A stretch of DNA of 64,000 nt from positions 6,985-70,984 of the forward strand of contig CATWSG010000005.1 of the NCBI GenBank assembly GCA_958353395.1, given 5' to 3'. Origin of the DNA: an uncultured Collinsella sp. (GTDB lineage: Bacteria > Actinomycetota > Coriobacteriia > Coriobacteriales > Coriobacteriaceae). Both the position numbers and the translations under genes were made by a program. This document shows positions 48,571-58,745 of the stretch, piece after piece. Positions within the stretch are counted from its first letter, which is position 1. Every line of letters starts with the position of its first letter. The notes beneath the pieces are model-generated. The model had not been told where the DNA came from. It saw nothing but the letters and a program-made list of their open reading frames with translations, and did no database searches.

Positions 48571-49101
48571 GTGAGTTATTTGGATCTGGCTCGGTCTCGG
48601 TATTCTTGTCGCGAGTTTGAGAATCGTTCTGTTGAGCAGGCTGTGGTGGATGCCATTGTTGAGGCTGGGCGGATTGCTCCTTCTGCTTGTAATAATCATC
48701 CAACCCGTGTGATGGTGTTGGATACGCCTGAGCTTCTGGAGAAGGCAGCTGCTTGTCAGCCTCGGTTTGCTCGTGATGGGTCTATCTTTGGCGCTCCGCT
48801 TATCTTCCTTATTTGCAGCGTTACCGATGATGCCTGGGTGCGCCCGTATGATCAGATGAACTCGAGTGCCATCGATACTTCGATCGTCTGCGATCAGATG
48901 ATGATGGAGGCCACCGAGCAGGGCCTGGGAACGTGCTGGGTATGCCATTTTAAGCCTGGGGTGGCACAGGAGCAGTTCAATCTGCCCAAGGGCGTCTATC
49001 CCTATCACATGCTCGTCTGTGGATATCCTGCCGACCACATCGCCGATCCCGAGCATCGCGAGGCCCGTACCATTCCCCTCTCCGACTTCCTCCTCAAGTA
49101 G
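48571..49101 (+). CDS. Nitroreductase family protein
   Basis: RYSCREF, APSACNNHP, GLGTCWV, GYP; GGAGG SD before GTG. Confidence 0.9.
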   Translation: MSYLDLARSRYSCREFENRSVEQAVVDAIVEAGRIAPSACNNHPTRVMVLDTPELLEKAAACQPRFARDGSIFGAPLIFLICSVTDDAWVRPYDQMNSSAIDTSIVCDQMMMEATEQGLGTCWVCHFKPGVAQEQFNLPKGVYPYHMLVCGYPADHIADPEHREARTIPLSDFLLK

Positions 49102-49211
49102 GTTTTGGGACATGCCTTAAAACCTACCCTTGACCGCTCACCCGTTCGCCGAGTTCTGCGCCATTATGTGCAGGGCTCGGTTTTTTATGTTACGCACTCC
49201 GGCACAGTCAT

Positions 49212-49242
49212 AAAAAAGGACCCGCAAGCTGCGGGTCCTTTC
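49212..49242. terminator. Bidirectional intrinsic terminator between the nitroreductase gene and divIVA
   Basis: AAAAAAGGACCCGCAagcTGCGGGTCCTTT. Confidence 0.75.
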
Positions 49243-49267
49243 TAGGCACTAAATTGTAGGCCGAATG

Positions 49268-49942
49268 TTAGTCCAGGTCGTCGGCAGCAAAGTTGTCGAT
49301 CGGGGCGAAGGGATCGGCCACGGGGACAACCGGGTCAGCGACGGGCAGCGGCTCGGCGGGAACAGTCACTGCAGGAGAAGCGGCAGAACCGACCGGCGTG
49401 GAAGCCATCAGATCGGCCGGGAAGGAATTCTGGGCATCGTCCATGAAGTGCTGGATGAGCTTGAGATACTCTGCCTTGAACTCCTCACGGGAAGCCTTGA
49501 GACGATCGATCTCCTCGAGCTCGGCCTGCTTCTCGGTCAGAGCCTGGCGGATAACCTCGCGGGCCTTGGCGTCAGCCTCGTTGCGGATACGCTCAGCGTT
49601 CTCGTTGGCATCGTTGACGATGGTCTCAGCGGTCTGCTGGGCAGCGATCAGAGCAGCGGAAATCTGGCGCTCCTGAGCGGAGAAGTCAGGGGCGGGAGCA
49701 GCCACGGGGGCGGCAGGAACGGCCTGGGCGGTGGCATCCTGAGCCTGGGCAAGCTGAGCCTGCGCATCGGCAAGCTGCTGCTCGGTAGCAGTCAGACGAC
49801 CCTTAAGGTCGACGATCTTAGCGAGCATAGCGTCAACCTCGGAGGACAGCGTCTCCAAGAAGACGTCGACCTCAGCAGGATCGTAGCCACGCTTGGCCTC
49901 AGAGAAGGTCTGAGCCTGAATGTCAGCAGGGGTAATAGCCAT
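49268..49942 (-). CDS. divIVA: DivIVA/Wag31 family protein
   Basis: ITPADI...F....RGYDPAEVDVFL followed by coiled coil. Confidence 0.92.
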   Translation of the reverse strand: MAITPADIQAQTFSEAKRGYDPAEVDVFLETLSSEVDAMLAKIVDLKGRLTATEQQLADAQAQLAQAQDATAQAVPAAPVAAPAPDFSAQERQISAALIAAQQTAETIVNDANENAERIRNEADAKAREVIRQALTEKQAELEEIDRLKASREEFKAEYLKLIQHFMDDAQNSFPADLMASTPVGSAASPAVTVPAEPLPVADPVVPVADPFAPIDNFAADDLD

Positions 49943-50004
49943 AACAAGTTCTCCTTTATCTTCGCCTTGGCGCCGTGCGCCCGACGTGAGTTACTAAGCC
50001 AGTT

Positions 50005-50286
50005 TTATATGAGTATACCTATAAGAAGTTGCAGAACCAGCTTCTGTACCAACTGCAACGCAATAATCGCAACGACCGGTGAAAAATCGACGCCGCCCAT
50101 GGGCGGGATAAACCGGCGGAACAAATTGAGCCACGGGCCGCACACGCTATCGAGAACGGCGGCGATATCCTGTAGCAATCCGCCCTGCTTCATAGGGATC
50201 CACGTCATAAGGCAGTAGACCACGATGAGCGTGGAGTAAAAGCTGAACAGCGTATTGACCAGCTGGACAATGGTGTAGATGTTGAT
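50005..50286 (-). CDS. yggT: YggT/YlmG family membrane protein, apparent ATC start
   Basis: WIP...PWLNLFRRFIPPMGGVDFSPVVA; frame extends 21 codons upstream of the track GTG to an ATC 6 nt after SD GAGGAG. Confidence 0.8.
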   Translation of the reverse strand: MNIYTIVQLVNTLFSFYSTLIVVYCLMTWIPMKQGGLLQDIAAVLDSVCGPWLNLFRRFIPPMGGVDFSPVVAIIALQLVQKLVLQLLIGILI

Positions 50287-50307
50287 GAGAATCTCCTCGT
50301 CTTGTCT

Positions 50308-51030
50308 TTACTTAAGGTAGCCGTCGGCACGGAGCTTTTTGAGGTCCGAATCCTTGACCTCGCAACCGGCGGGCAGCACCATAAACACGCGATCTCCCAC
50401 CTCTTTAACTGTGGCACCCAGGCCGCAGGCAAAGCCGTAAGAGAAGTCCAGGACGCGCTTGGCAACTTCGGTGCGTACGCCCACAAAAATCAGTGCGACA
50501 GGCTGCTTGGTGCGAACGCGGCGCACCACGGTCTCCACGTCGTCATAGCTCTCGGGGCGCAGGACATAGGCCGGCAGCTGCGGCGTGGCGTTGATGATAT
50601 TGCTCGCATAGGCCGAGGCATCGCTCGGTGCAGGCGCGGGTGCAGCGGCGGCACGGGCGCGGGTATTCTCGGCGTAGCTCGACGGCGTGTCATAGGCACC
50701 AGGACGATAACCGCTCGCAACACTGTCCTGCGAGCGCGAAGGCGGGTTATACGTCGTGGCATGGCGGGAGTCATCGCCGACCAGCTGACCGGAGCGCGTA
50801 TACACGGCAACCGACTCAGCTTCACCGCGGCGCGTCTGGCCAAGCAGGCCGTTGCTCGGCTCGTCTTGGGTGTAGAAGCCCTCGCCCGAAGCACCACTGT
50901 AGCCGTTGCCCTGATAGCCATCGTCGTAGCCGTCATCGTAGCCGTAGTCGTCGTCCTGGCCATAACCCTGGTCGTAACCCTGCTGGCCGCCCAGGTGCAT
51001 CTTATTTTTAATCTCGTCAAGGAAGCCCAT
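50308..51030 (-). CDS. sepF: Cell division protein SepF
   Basis: MGFLDEIK amphipathic N-terminus, acidic linker, PESYDD, KRVLDFSYGFA, VFMVLP. Confidence 0.88.
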   Translation of the reverse strand: MGFLDEIKNKMHLGGQQGYDQGYGQDDDYGYDDGYDDGYQGNGYSGASGEGFYTQDEPSNGLLGQTRRGEAESVAVYTRSGQLVGDDSRHATTYNPPSRSQDSVASGYRPGAYDTPSSYAENTRARAAAAPAPAPSDASAYASNIINATPQLPAYVLRPESYDDVETVVRRVRTKQPVALIFVGVRTEVAKRVLDFSYGFACGLGATVKEVGDRVFMVLPAGCEVKDSDLKKLRADGYLK

Positions 51031-51090
51031 GGTTGTGTCCTCTCGCGGTTTAGTGCAGGCGCCCCGATAATCAGTGCGCACTTCAGAGCC

Positions 51091-51828
51091 TTATTTTACT
51101 GCAAACTCCGGGCTAAATACTACCCTGCCCAGGCGAACGAGCGTAGAGCCCTCCTCAAGGGCAGACTCAAAGTCCTCGCTCATACCGCAGGAAAGCTCAG
51201 GCAGGTTCAAATCGGGATGCGCCGCCTCCAGCTCATCCCTCAGCTCACGAAGCCCCGCAAAGGTGCGGCGTGCCACATCCTTATTCCCCCGGGGCGCCAT
51301 AGTCATAAGCCCCTGTACGCAAATTCCCTCAAGTTCTGCAAGCTCACCCGCGGCGGCGCGAATCCCATCGGGTGAAAAGCCTCCCTTCGACTCCTCACCA
51401 CTCACATTGACCTCAATGAGCACACGCTGGGGGCCGACGAGCTCGCCTGCCTCAATCTTGCGAACAGCACGGCTCGAGATCGCCTGCGCCAGATGCAGCG
51501 AACCCACCGAGTGAATCAGCTCGGCTGAGCCCAGCACCGCATTGATCTTATTGGTCTGCAGGTTGCCGATCATATCGAAGCGCACCTCGGGCAGCTCCGG
51601 ATGCTCCGCCAGACCCGTGAGCTTGCGAACCAGCTCCTGCGGGCGGTTCTCGGCAAAATGGCGATACCCCGCCTGGATGGCGGCAACGGTCTCATCGACA
51701 CCAACGGTCTTGGACACGGCAATGAGGCTCGCGGCGTCGTGGGGACGGCCCGCGCGATCGAGCGCCGCATAAAAACGTTCCAGAATCTGCTCGCGGCGAG
51801 CGCGCATCAAGTCCAAATAGTTATCCAT
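51091..51828 (-). CDS. yggS: PLP homeostasis protein YggS/YlmE
   Basis: IAVSKT, ENRPQE, IGNLQTNK, EVNVSGEESKGG, GLMTM, GMSEDF, VRLGR. Confidence 0.93.
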   Translation of the reverse strand: MDNYLDLMRARREQILERFYAALDRAGRPHDAASLIAVSKTVGVDETVAAIQAGYRHFAENRPQELVRKLTGLAEHPELPEVRFDMIGNLQTNKINAVLGSAELIHSVGSLHLAQAISSRAVRKIEAGELVGPQRVLIEVNVSGEESKGGFSPDGIRAAAGELAELEGICVQGLMTMAPRGNKDVARRTFAGLRELRDELEAAHPDLNLPELSCGMSEDFESALEEGSTLVRLGRVVFSPEFAVK

Positions 51829-51947
51829 TGCCAATCGCCTCCGCTGACAGCCAAACAAGTAGTCCCATGCTAACGCAAGAGCGCGGCCCCGCATGTGCAA
51901 GGCCGCGCTCACTTAGGTATTTACAATCTTTCGACGAACGGGGTTAC

Positions 51948-52805
51948 TTACTCCTCGTCGTCCTCGCCATCGTCCTCATCCTCAAGATGATCGAGCAGGT
52001 AGCGAAGACCCTCGCTGACCTCGTTAACGGGCACCTTGGCAACGTAGCGTGCATCGACGGCGGGCCTCATGATAACACCCTCGCCCGAAGGCACGCGCAT
52101 GCTCTCGAGCTCATCCTCATCAGTGCAGGCGATATCACCGGCAGTCATACGCTGTCCGGTCAACAGGAAGGTCAGACGGCAGGCGGCATCGATGGAAATC
52201 GAGGCGATGCGATCGAGATAGCGCGATACCATGATGGCGCGGCGCAGGTCGTCATAGTTGCTGTCGTCGTCCATAAAATCGCCCGTGTCCATGCGGTTAA
52301 AGGTGCGGAAGAACTTCTCGTAGGCGGCGTGCACTGGCTCGTCCTCGACGGCCAAGTTGCAGATGATGGACATGTCGTTGGTGACGAGCGCAGAAAGCGA
52401 AGAGCCCAGTACCTGGTAGACGGCCTCAGCCTCGGCCTCGACCGTGCCGACAAGCTCCTTGGGCAGCGAGATGTCGGCCTTGATCATATGACGCGTGGCG
52501 CGGCAAATCTGGCGAACCTTATCGGTCATGCGCTGCAGGTTAAAGTCGACGTAGATGATCGTCTGCAGCAAGCGGAAGTCGGAGGCGACCGGTGACTGCG
52601 TGGCAATCAGGTTGTAGCAGACGGCCTCCAAGTTGGCGCAGCGAGCGTCAATCGAAAGCGTGCGCTTCTTGGTCTTGGTGGCGAGCTTGCGGTCGTCGGT
52701 CACATAGGCCTTCACGGCGTCGTGAAGCGCCAGATCGACGGCCTCGTAGATGCTCAGCATCTCGTGACGGGCCTCGATGAGCTGACGGGAAAACAGTTTA
52801 CGCAT
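51948..52805 (-). CDS. phoU: Phosphate signalling protein PhoU
   Basis: IATQSPVASDFR, SRYLDRIA; follows pstB. Confidence 0.85.
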   Translation of the reverse strand: MRKLFSRQLIEARHEMLSIYEAVDLALHDAVKAYVTDDRKLATKTKKRTLSIDARCANLEAVCYNLIATQSPVASDFRLLQTIIYVDFNLQRMTDKVRQICRATRHMIKADISLPKELVGTVEAEAEAVYQVLGSSLSALVTNDMSIICNLAVEDEPVHAAYEKFFRTFNRMDTGDFMDDDSNYDDLRRAIMVSRYLDRIASISIDAACRLTFLLTGQRMTAGDIACTDEDELESMRVPSGEGVIMRPAVDARYVAKVPVNEVSEGLRYLLDHLEDEDDGEDDEE

Positions 52806-52897
52806 GGTTCACTCCAATCAGTTGGGTGCGGTCATGCCGCCCGCACAGTGAATACGCACCGGACCAGGTCCGATCGGATTGGGACTAGTCGCACCGA

Positions 52898-53701
<804 letters not shown>

Positions 53702-53713
53702 GGGACTCCTTAA

Positions 53714-54619
53714 CTAGCGGCGTTTGCGCGACAGATAACGCGCAAACAGGTTGAAGGCCAGAATAATCGCCATCAGCAAAAGCGCAGTGCCGTAGGCTGC
53801 GTTCATGTTGATGCCGTCATTGGCAAGCAGATAAAGGTGAACGGTCATGGGACGACCGGAATCGAGCGGCGAAATAGGCAGGTTGATGGCCTGGCCCATA
53901 GTGTAGAGCACCACCGCGGTCTCGCCGATGGCGCGGCCGATGGCAAGCACGATGCCGGTGGCGATGCGGCCAAAAGCCGAAGGAAGCACGATCTTGGAGA
54001 CGACCTGCCACTTGGTGGCGCCCAGGCCATATGCGCCCCAACGGATATAGCGCGGAACGGCGCGGATTGCTTCCTCGGTGGTACGCATGACAATAGGCAG
54101 CATCAGAAGTGCCAGCGCCAGGGCGGCCGAGACCATCGAAAGGCCCAGACCCATAGCCTCGACAAACAAGGCGTAGCCAAAGAGGCCCATAACAATGGAG
54201 GGCACCGAGGCCAGGGCATCGGCAGCATAGCGAATGATGTCGACGACCTTGCCCTGCTTGGCGTATTCGGCAAGATAGACCGCAGCCAAGACGGCAACCG
54301 GCGTGCAGATGAGCATGGCGAGCGCCGTCACGTAGATGGTCGAGACAATCGTCGGCCAAATGCCGCCTTCGGCGTTGACGCCCTGCGGCCAGCCAAAGAT
54401 AAAGTCGAGCGAGATATGCGGCAGGCCGTTGATGACCACGTAGGCGATGATGGCGATCAGCACCAGCGTGGTGATATAGGCCGCGGCGCGAAACACGCAA
54501 AGCATGATCTTGTTGGAGAGGTCCTTGTTGATGCGGCCCTTCTTGCCATGGGAAAGGGCACGCTTGATGCGCTCGCGCGACGAGGTCGTATCGACCGTCG
54601 TGTCAACGGAATCGGACAT
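53714..54619 (-). CDS. pstA: Phosphate ABC transporter permease
   Basis: YLAEYA, LASVPSIVMGLFG, GATKWQ, GRAIGETA. Confidence 0.93.
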   Translation of the reverse strand: MSDSVDTTVDTTSSRERIKRALSHGKKGRINKDLSNKIMLCVFRAAAYITTLVLIAIIAYVVINGLPHISLDFIFGWPQGVNAEGGIWPTIVSTIYVTALAMLICTPVAVLAAVYLAEYAKQGKVVDIIRYAADALASVPSIVMGLFGYALFVEAMGLGLSMVSAALALALLMLPIVMRTTEEAIRAVPRYIRWGAYGLGATKWQVVSKIVLPSAFGRIATGIVLAIGRAIGETAVVLYTMGQAINLPISPLDSGRPMTVHLYLLANDGINMNAAYGTALLLMAIILAFNLFARYLSRKRR

Positions 54620-54622
54620 AGC

Positions 54623-55555
54623 CTACCCCCTCTTCTTGGAAATCAGGCGGACGATACCCACCAGTGCAGCGGAGATGATAAACAAGACAACGCCCATGCC
54701 AAACAGAGCCGAGCGGTGCAGGCCCGAGGAATAACTCATGTCGAGCGCGATCTGACTCGTGAGCGTCGAGATGGGGCTCGAGATGCTATCCGGAATGACC
54801 GGGGCGTTGCCCACGACCATAAGCACGGCCATGGTCTCACCGATGGCACGCCCCATACCCAAGACAATTGCATCGACAATGCCCAGCTTGGCTGCAGGAA
54901 GCACGACCTTGTAGATGGTCTGCCACTTGGTGGCACCCATGGCATAGGATGCCTCGCGAATGCCCATGGGAATGGAATTGAGGGCATCGATGGTGAGCGT
55001 GGTGATGGTGGGAACGATCATGATGGCGAGCACGAACCACGCCGTCAGCGCGCCAAAGCCAAGACCGCCGGTCAGCTGCGCGATAAACGGACGGATGATG
55101 ACCATGCCAAAGAAGCCGTAGATGATGGAGGGGATGCCCGCCAGCAGGTCGACGGCGGGGCTGATGAGCTTGCGCACGCGCTTGCTGGCAATCTCGACCA
55201 GATACACGGCCGTACCCACACCCAGGGGCACGCCCATGGCGAGCGCGCCGACCGTCACCAGGCCAGAGCCAGCCAGCAGCGACATAATGCCGTAGTGACC
55301 CTCAGAGGGCGCCCATGTAAAGCTAAAGAAGTCCGCCAGGCCAATGTCGGTAAAAACCGGCAACGCCGAGTACGTGGTAAAGACAAAAATCAGGATGACG
55401 GTGACGACCGCCAAGAACGCACAGGCAAAGAAGATCCAGTGCAGCGCCTTCTCCTTGAGATAGGTGCTGCGTGACACCAACGCCAACTCACGCTTTTTGG
55501 GCGTCCGCGCCTCATGCTCAATCTGGGGGATTTCCTGTGCTTCCACGCTACTCAC
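54623..55555 (-). CDS. pstC: Phosphate ABC transporter permease
   Basis: LLAGIPSIIYG, GATKWQT, GRAIGETMAVLMVVGN. Confidence 0.93.
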   Translation of the reverse strand: MSSVEAQEIPQIEHEARTPKKRELALVSRSTYLKEKALHWIFFACAFLAVVTVILIFVFTTYSALPVFTDIGLADFFSFTWAPSEGHYGIMSLLAGSGLVTVGALAMGVPLGVGTAVYLVEIASKRVRKLISPAVDLLAGIPSIIYGFFGMVIIRPFIAQLTGGLGFGALTAWFVLAIMIVPTITTLTIDALNSIPMGIREASYAMGATKWQTIYKVVLPAAKLGIVDAIVLGMGRAIGETMAVLMVVGNAPVIPDSISSPISTLTSQIALDMSYSSGLHRSALFGMGVVLFIISAALVGIVRLISKKRG

Positions 55556-56384
55556 TCCCCTTTCCGTCGTTGGTGACGGGAATAAAGCCCGCCTCGCGAA
55601 TCTGCTTGTCCATCTTTTCGGACGTCACATAGTCAATGTAGTCCTGCGCCTGCTGCGAAGGCGTACCCTTCACAAAGAAGTAAAGGTCACGCGAGATTGG
55701 ATAGCCGCCGCTTGCGACCGTCTTCTCGGATGCCTCGACATGGTTGACCGAAACGGCCTTAACCGAGGTCTTGGCATTGAGGCTCTCGACAAAACCCAGC
55801 GAGATGTAGCCAATGGCGCCACGCGAGCGGGACACGACATCGCGTACCTGGCCCGTGCCCGAAAGAACAGCCGAGCGGCGATCAAACGGCGTGCCGTCCA
55901 TCACGATAGTGCGGAAGGCCTCGCGCGTACCGGACGCCTCATCGCGGTTGATAACCTGAATCTTCAGGTCCTCTCCGCCGACTTCTTTCCAGTTGGTGAT
56001 CTTGCCGGCGTAAATATCGCGGAGCTGCTCGGTCGAGAGATTGTCGGCCGGGTTGTCGTCGTTCACGATGACTGCAATGCCGTCGTGCGCGATAACGATA
56101 GGCGTCAGACCCAGGTCTTGCTCATCGGCATTGAGGCCACGAGAGGAGCTGGCGATATCGGCGGTGCCGGCGCTAACAGCTTCGATGCCAGCAGATGAGC
56201 CAAGGCCGGAGACGAGCACGTCGGTGCCGGTCTCCTCTTTAAAGCCCTCGGCGGCAATCTCGGCAATGGGAAGGCACGTCGTAGAGCCGGCAACGGTGAT
56301 GGAAGAGGTAGAAGATCCCGAGGAGCAGGCGCACAACGTGAGCGTGAGCACTGCCGCACTCAGGACCGATGCGATCTTTCTCAT
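55548..56384 (-). CDS. pstS: Phosphate ABC transporter substrate-binding lipoprotein
   Basis: LCAC lipobox, AGSTT, GSSAGI, IYAGKITNWKEVGG, RDEASGTR, YPISR; start overlaps the pgeF stop. Confidence 0.93.
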   Translation of the reverse strand: MRKIASVLSAAVLTLTLCACSSGSSTSSITVAGSTTCLPIAEIAAEGFKEETGTDVLVSGLGSSAGIEAVSAGTADIASSSRGLNADEQDLGLTPIVIAHDGIAVIVNDDNPADNLSTEQLRDIYAGKITNWKEVGGEDLKIQVINRDEASGTREAFRTIVMDGTPFDRRSAVLSGTGQVRDVVSRSRGAIGYISLGFVESLNAKTSVKAVSVNHVEASEKTVASGGYPISRDLYFFVKGTPSQQAQDYIDYVTSEKMDKQIREAGFIPVTNDGKGSE

Positions 56385-57181
56385 AGCATCACGCCGATCG
56401 CAGCATGGCGCCCGCAGGCGCCACCCTCGTTGCGATAGGAATAAAAGCGGTCGTTTTGACGCACGGTGGAAAGTTTGGTGTCCACAATGCCGTTCACATC
56501 GACACCGGCATCCACCAGCGCCTCGCGAATGGCGGCGGAAAGATCGAGCATGCGAGAAGCAGCAGCATCGATGCACGAGAACTCGGCGGCAAAGCGATCC
56601 ATAAGTTCTTGGGACACCTCATACTCGTCGCCCAGGATATGGGGCCCAATATAGGCAGAGATGTCCTCCGGCGTGCAGTCAGCCACCTCACAAAGCGCCT
56701 GGCAGGCTTTGGCGGAAATACGCGCAATCGTGCCCTTCCAGCCAGAATGCACCACGGCAAAGCCGCCGGGAGCCACCAGCACCACGGGAACACAATCGGC
56801 AAAGCAGAGCATCACGGGCACCTCATGGGCCGTACAGACGAGGGCATCACAGCCCTCGGCAATCTGCTCACGAATGTTCTCGAGATCATCGGCACCGTTC
56901 GAGGTCACCGTCACGACGTGGTCACCATGTACTTGATTGGGCACGAGCAGATTATGCTCGCACTCAGCGGCGCCCATGGCTTCGAGCGCTCGACGACGAT
57001 TTTCTTGAACGGCAAAGGGGTCATCGCCTACATGCGAGCCCAGATTGAGTGAGGAGTACGCATCTTCGGAAACACCACCGGTGCGCTCGGTAAAGGCAAA
57101 ACGAACATCGGTCGTCGAACCCTCCACCAACGTAACTCCATCATGGTCGACACGCGAAACGTTGTCCGCACGTGCTGCCAT
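56381..57181 (-). CDS. pgeF: PgeF/YfiH/YlmD family protein
   Basis: FTERTGGVS, SLNLG, NQVHG, ADCVPV, HSGWKG, IGPHI, YEV, FYSYR. Confidence 0.92.
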   Translation of the reverse strand: MAARADNVSRVDHDGVTLVEGSTTDVRFAFTERTGGVSEDAYSSLNLGSHVGDDPFAVQENRRRALEAMGAAECEHNLLVPNQVHGDHVVTVTSNGADDLENIREQIAEGCDALVCTAHEVPVMLCFADCVPVVLVAPGGFAVVHSGWKGTIARISAKACQALCEVADCTPEDISAYIGPHILGDEYEVSQELMDRFAAEFSCIDAAASRMLDLSAAIREALVDAGVDVNGIVDTKLSTVRQNDRFYSYRNEGGACGRHAAIGVML

Positions 57182-57391
57182 ACTAAAGCCTCCTAATAAC
57201 ACAAGTATCGCGGCATCGCCGCGCAGCCTGCTTTTATACGGCTGTCATACTTCTTTAAAAGGATACCCGCAGCAGTAGGGACCAAACGTAAAGGGAACGT
57301 AAGGAGATTGGAGGCTTTCGTTTACAAACGAGAAACAAAAAGGGCGCATCCATACGGACGCGCCCCTGTGCAAAACAATGCGAAGAACGAC

Positions 57392-58546
57392 TTAGAAGCT
57401 GCCGCGCTTGAGGAAATCGGGAAGCTCAAACTGATCGTTACCAAAGTTGGGAAGCTCGGTACCGCCAACGTTGCGAGTCGGGGCAGCCTGAGCAGGGCTG
57501 GCAGCCGGAGCGGTGCGCTGCGGCTCAGCAGAAGCAGCGGCCTTGCTCTGGGACTGCTGGGCGGCAAAGAGCTCGTCCTGACGGTTGACGTTGGAGTCGG
57601 AGAAGCCCGTGGCGATAACGGTGATGCGCACCTGGTCGCCCAGGGACTCGTCAACAACGGTACCGAAGATGATGTTGGCCTCGGGGTCGACGGCATTGGC
57701 GACAACGTCGGCGGCGTCGCTGATCTCCTGGATGCCCAGGTCCTTGGAGCCGGCGATGGAAAGCAGGACGCGCGTGGCGCCATCGATGGAGCTCTCGAGC
57801 AGCGGACTGGAGATAGCCTGCTGGGCAGCGTCGACGGCACGGGTGTCCCCAGAAGCGGTACCAATGCCCATCATGGCGGTACCGGCCTGCTTCATGATGG
57901 TCTTAACATCGGCGAAGTCCAGGTTGATGATACCCGGGACGGTGATGAGGTCGGTGATGCCCTGGGTGCCCTGGGAAAGGACGCCATCGGCAATCGCGAA
58001 CGCCTCGAGCATCGTGGTCTTCTTCTCGGCGATGTCGAGCAGCTTGTCGTTAGGGATAACGATCATGGTGTCGACGCAATCGGAGAGGGTCTTGATGCCC
58101 TCCTCGGCGCTCTTCTTGCGCTTGCGACCCTCGAAGGTGAAGGGTTTGGTCACGACGGCGACGGTCAGCGCGCCGACCTCGTTCATCGCGATATCGGCAA
58201 CGATGGGAGCGGCGCCGGTACCGGTACCACCGCCCTCGCCGCAGGTGATGAACACCATGTCGGCGCCAGCGAGCGCCTCGGCGATATCGTCGCGGGACTC
58301 ATCGGCAGCCTTGCGGCCAACCTCGGGGTTGGCGCCGGCGCCCAGGCCGCGGGTAAGGTCGGTGCCGATGTGCACCTTGATATCGGCATCAGAGATCGCG
58401 AGCGCCTGAGCATCGGTGTTGATGGCAACAAACTCGACGCCGCGGATGCCCTCTTCGATCATTCGATTGACCGCGTTGGTACCGCCGCCGCCGACGCCGA
58501 CCACCTTAATGACGGCAAGGTAGTTGTTGATCTCTGTCTCGTGCAT
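57392..58546 (-). CDS. ftsZ: Cell division protein FtsZ
   Basis: [38 protein letters not shown]-terminal LPDFLK. Confidence 0.98.
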   Translation of the reverse strand: MHETEINNYLAVIKVVGVGGGGTNAVNRMIEEGIRGVEFVAINTDAQALAISDADIKVHIGTDLTRGLGAGANPEVGRKAADESRDDIAEALAGADMVFITCGEGGGTGTGAAPIVADIAMNEVGALTVAVVTKPFTFEGRKRKKSAEEGIKTLSDCVDTMIVIPNDKLLDIAEKKTTMLEAFAIADGVLSQGTQGITDLITVPGIINLDFADVKTIMKQAGTAMMGIGTASGDTRAVDAAQQAISSPLLESSIDGATRVLLSIAGSKDLGIQEISDAADVVANAVDPEANIIFGTVVDESLGDQVRITVIATGFSDSNVNRQDELFAAQQSQSKAAASAEPQRTAPAASPAQAAPTRNVGGTELPNFGNDQFELPDFLKRGSF

Positions 58547-58745
58547 GTCGGTCCTCCGAACAAAGGTTATAGCCATAGCATGGGTTGACCCCTGCGCACA
58601 TTAACCTTCAGGTTGAAAGTAAATGCAAAGGTAAACCGTATTATGGTTGCACATTATGAACGTTTCAGTCAAATAATTGACCGTGAAAACCAAACAAACC
58701 AGATAAACGGCGTGGTATGACCCCTCAACAAAGCCATTTAGGATG

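Noticed and set aside
50905..50985. Tandem GYDD/GYDQ-like repeats
   Set aside because: Low-complexity linker of SepF, not an array or mobile repeat
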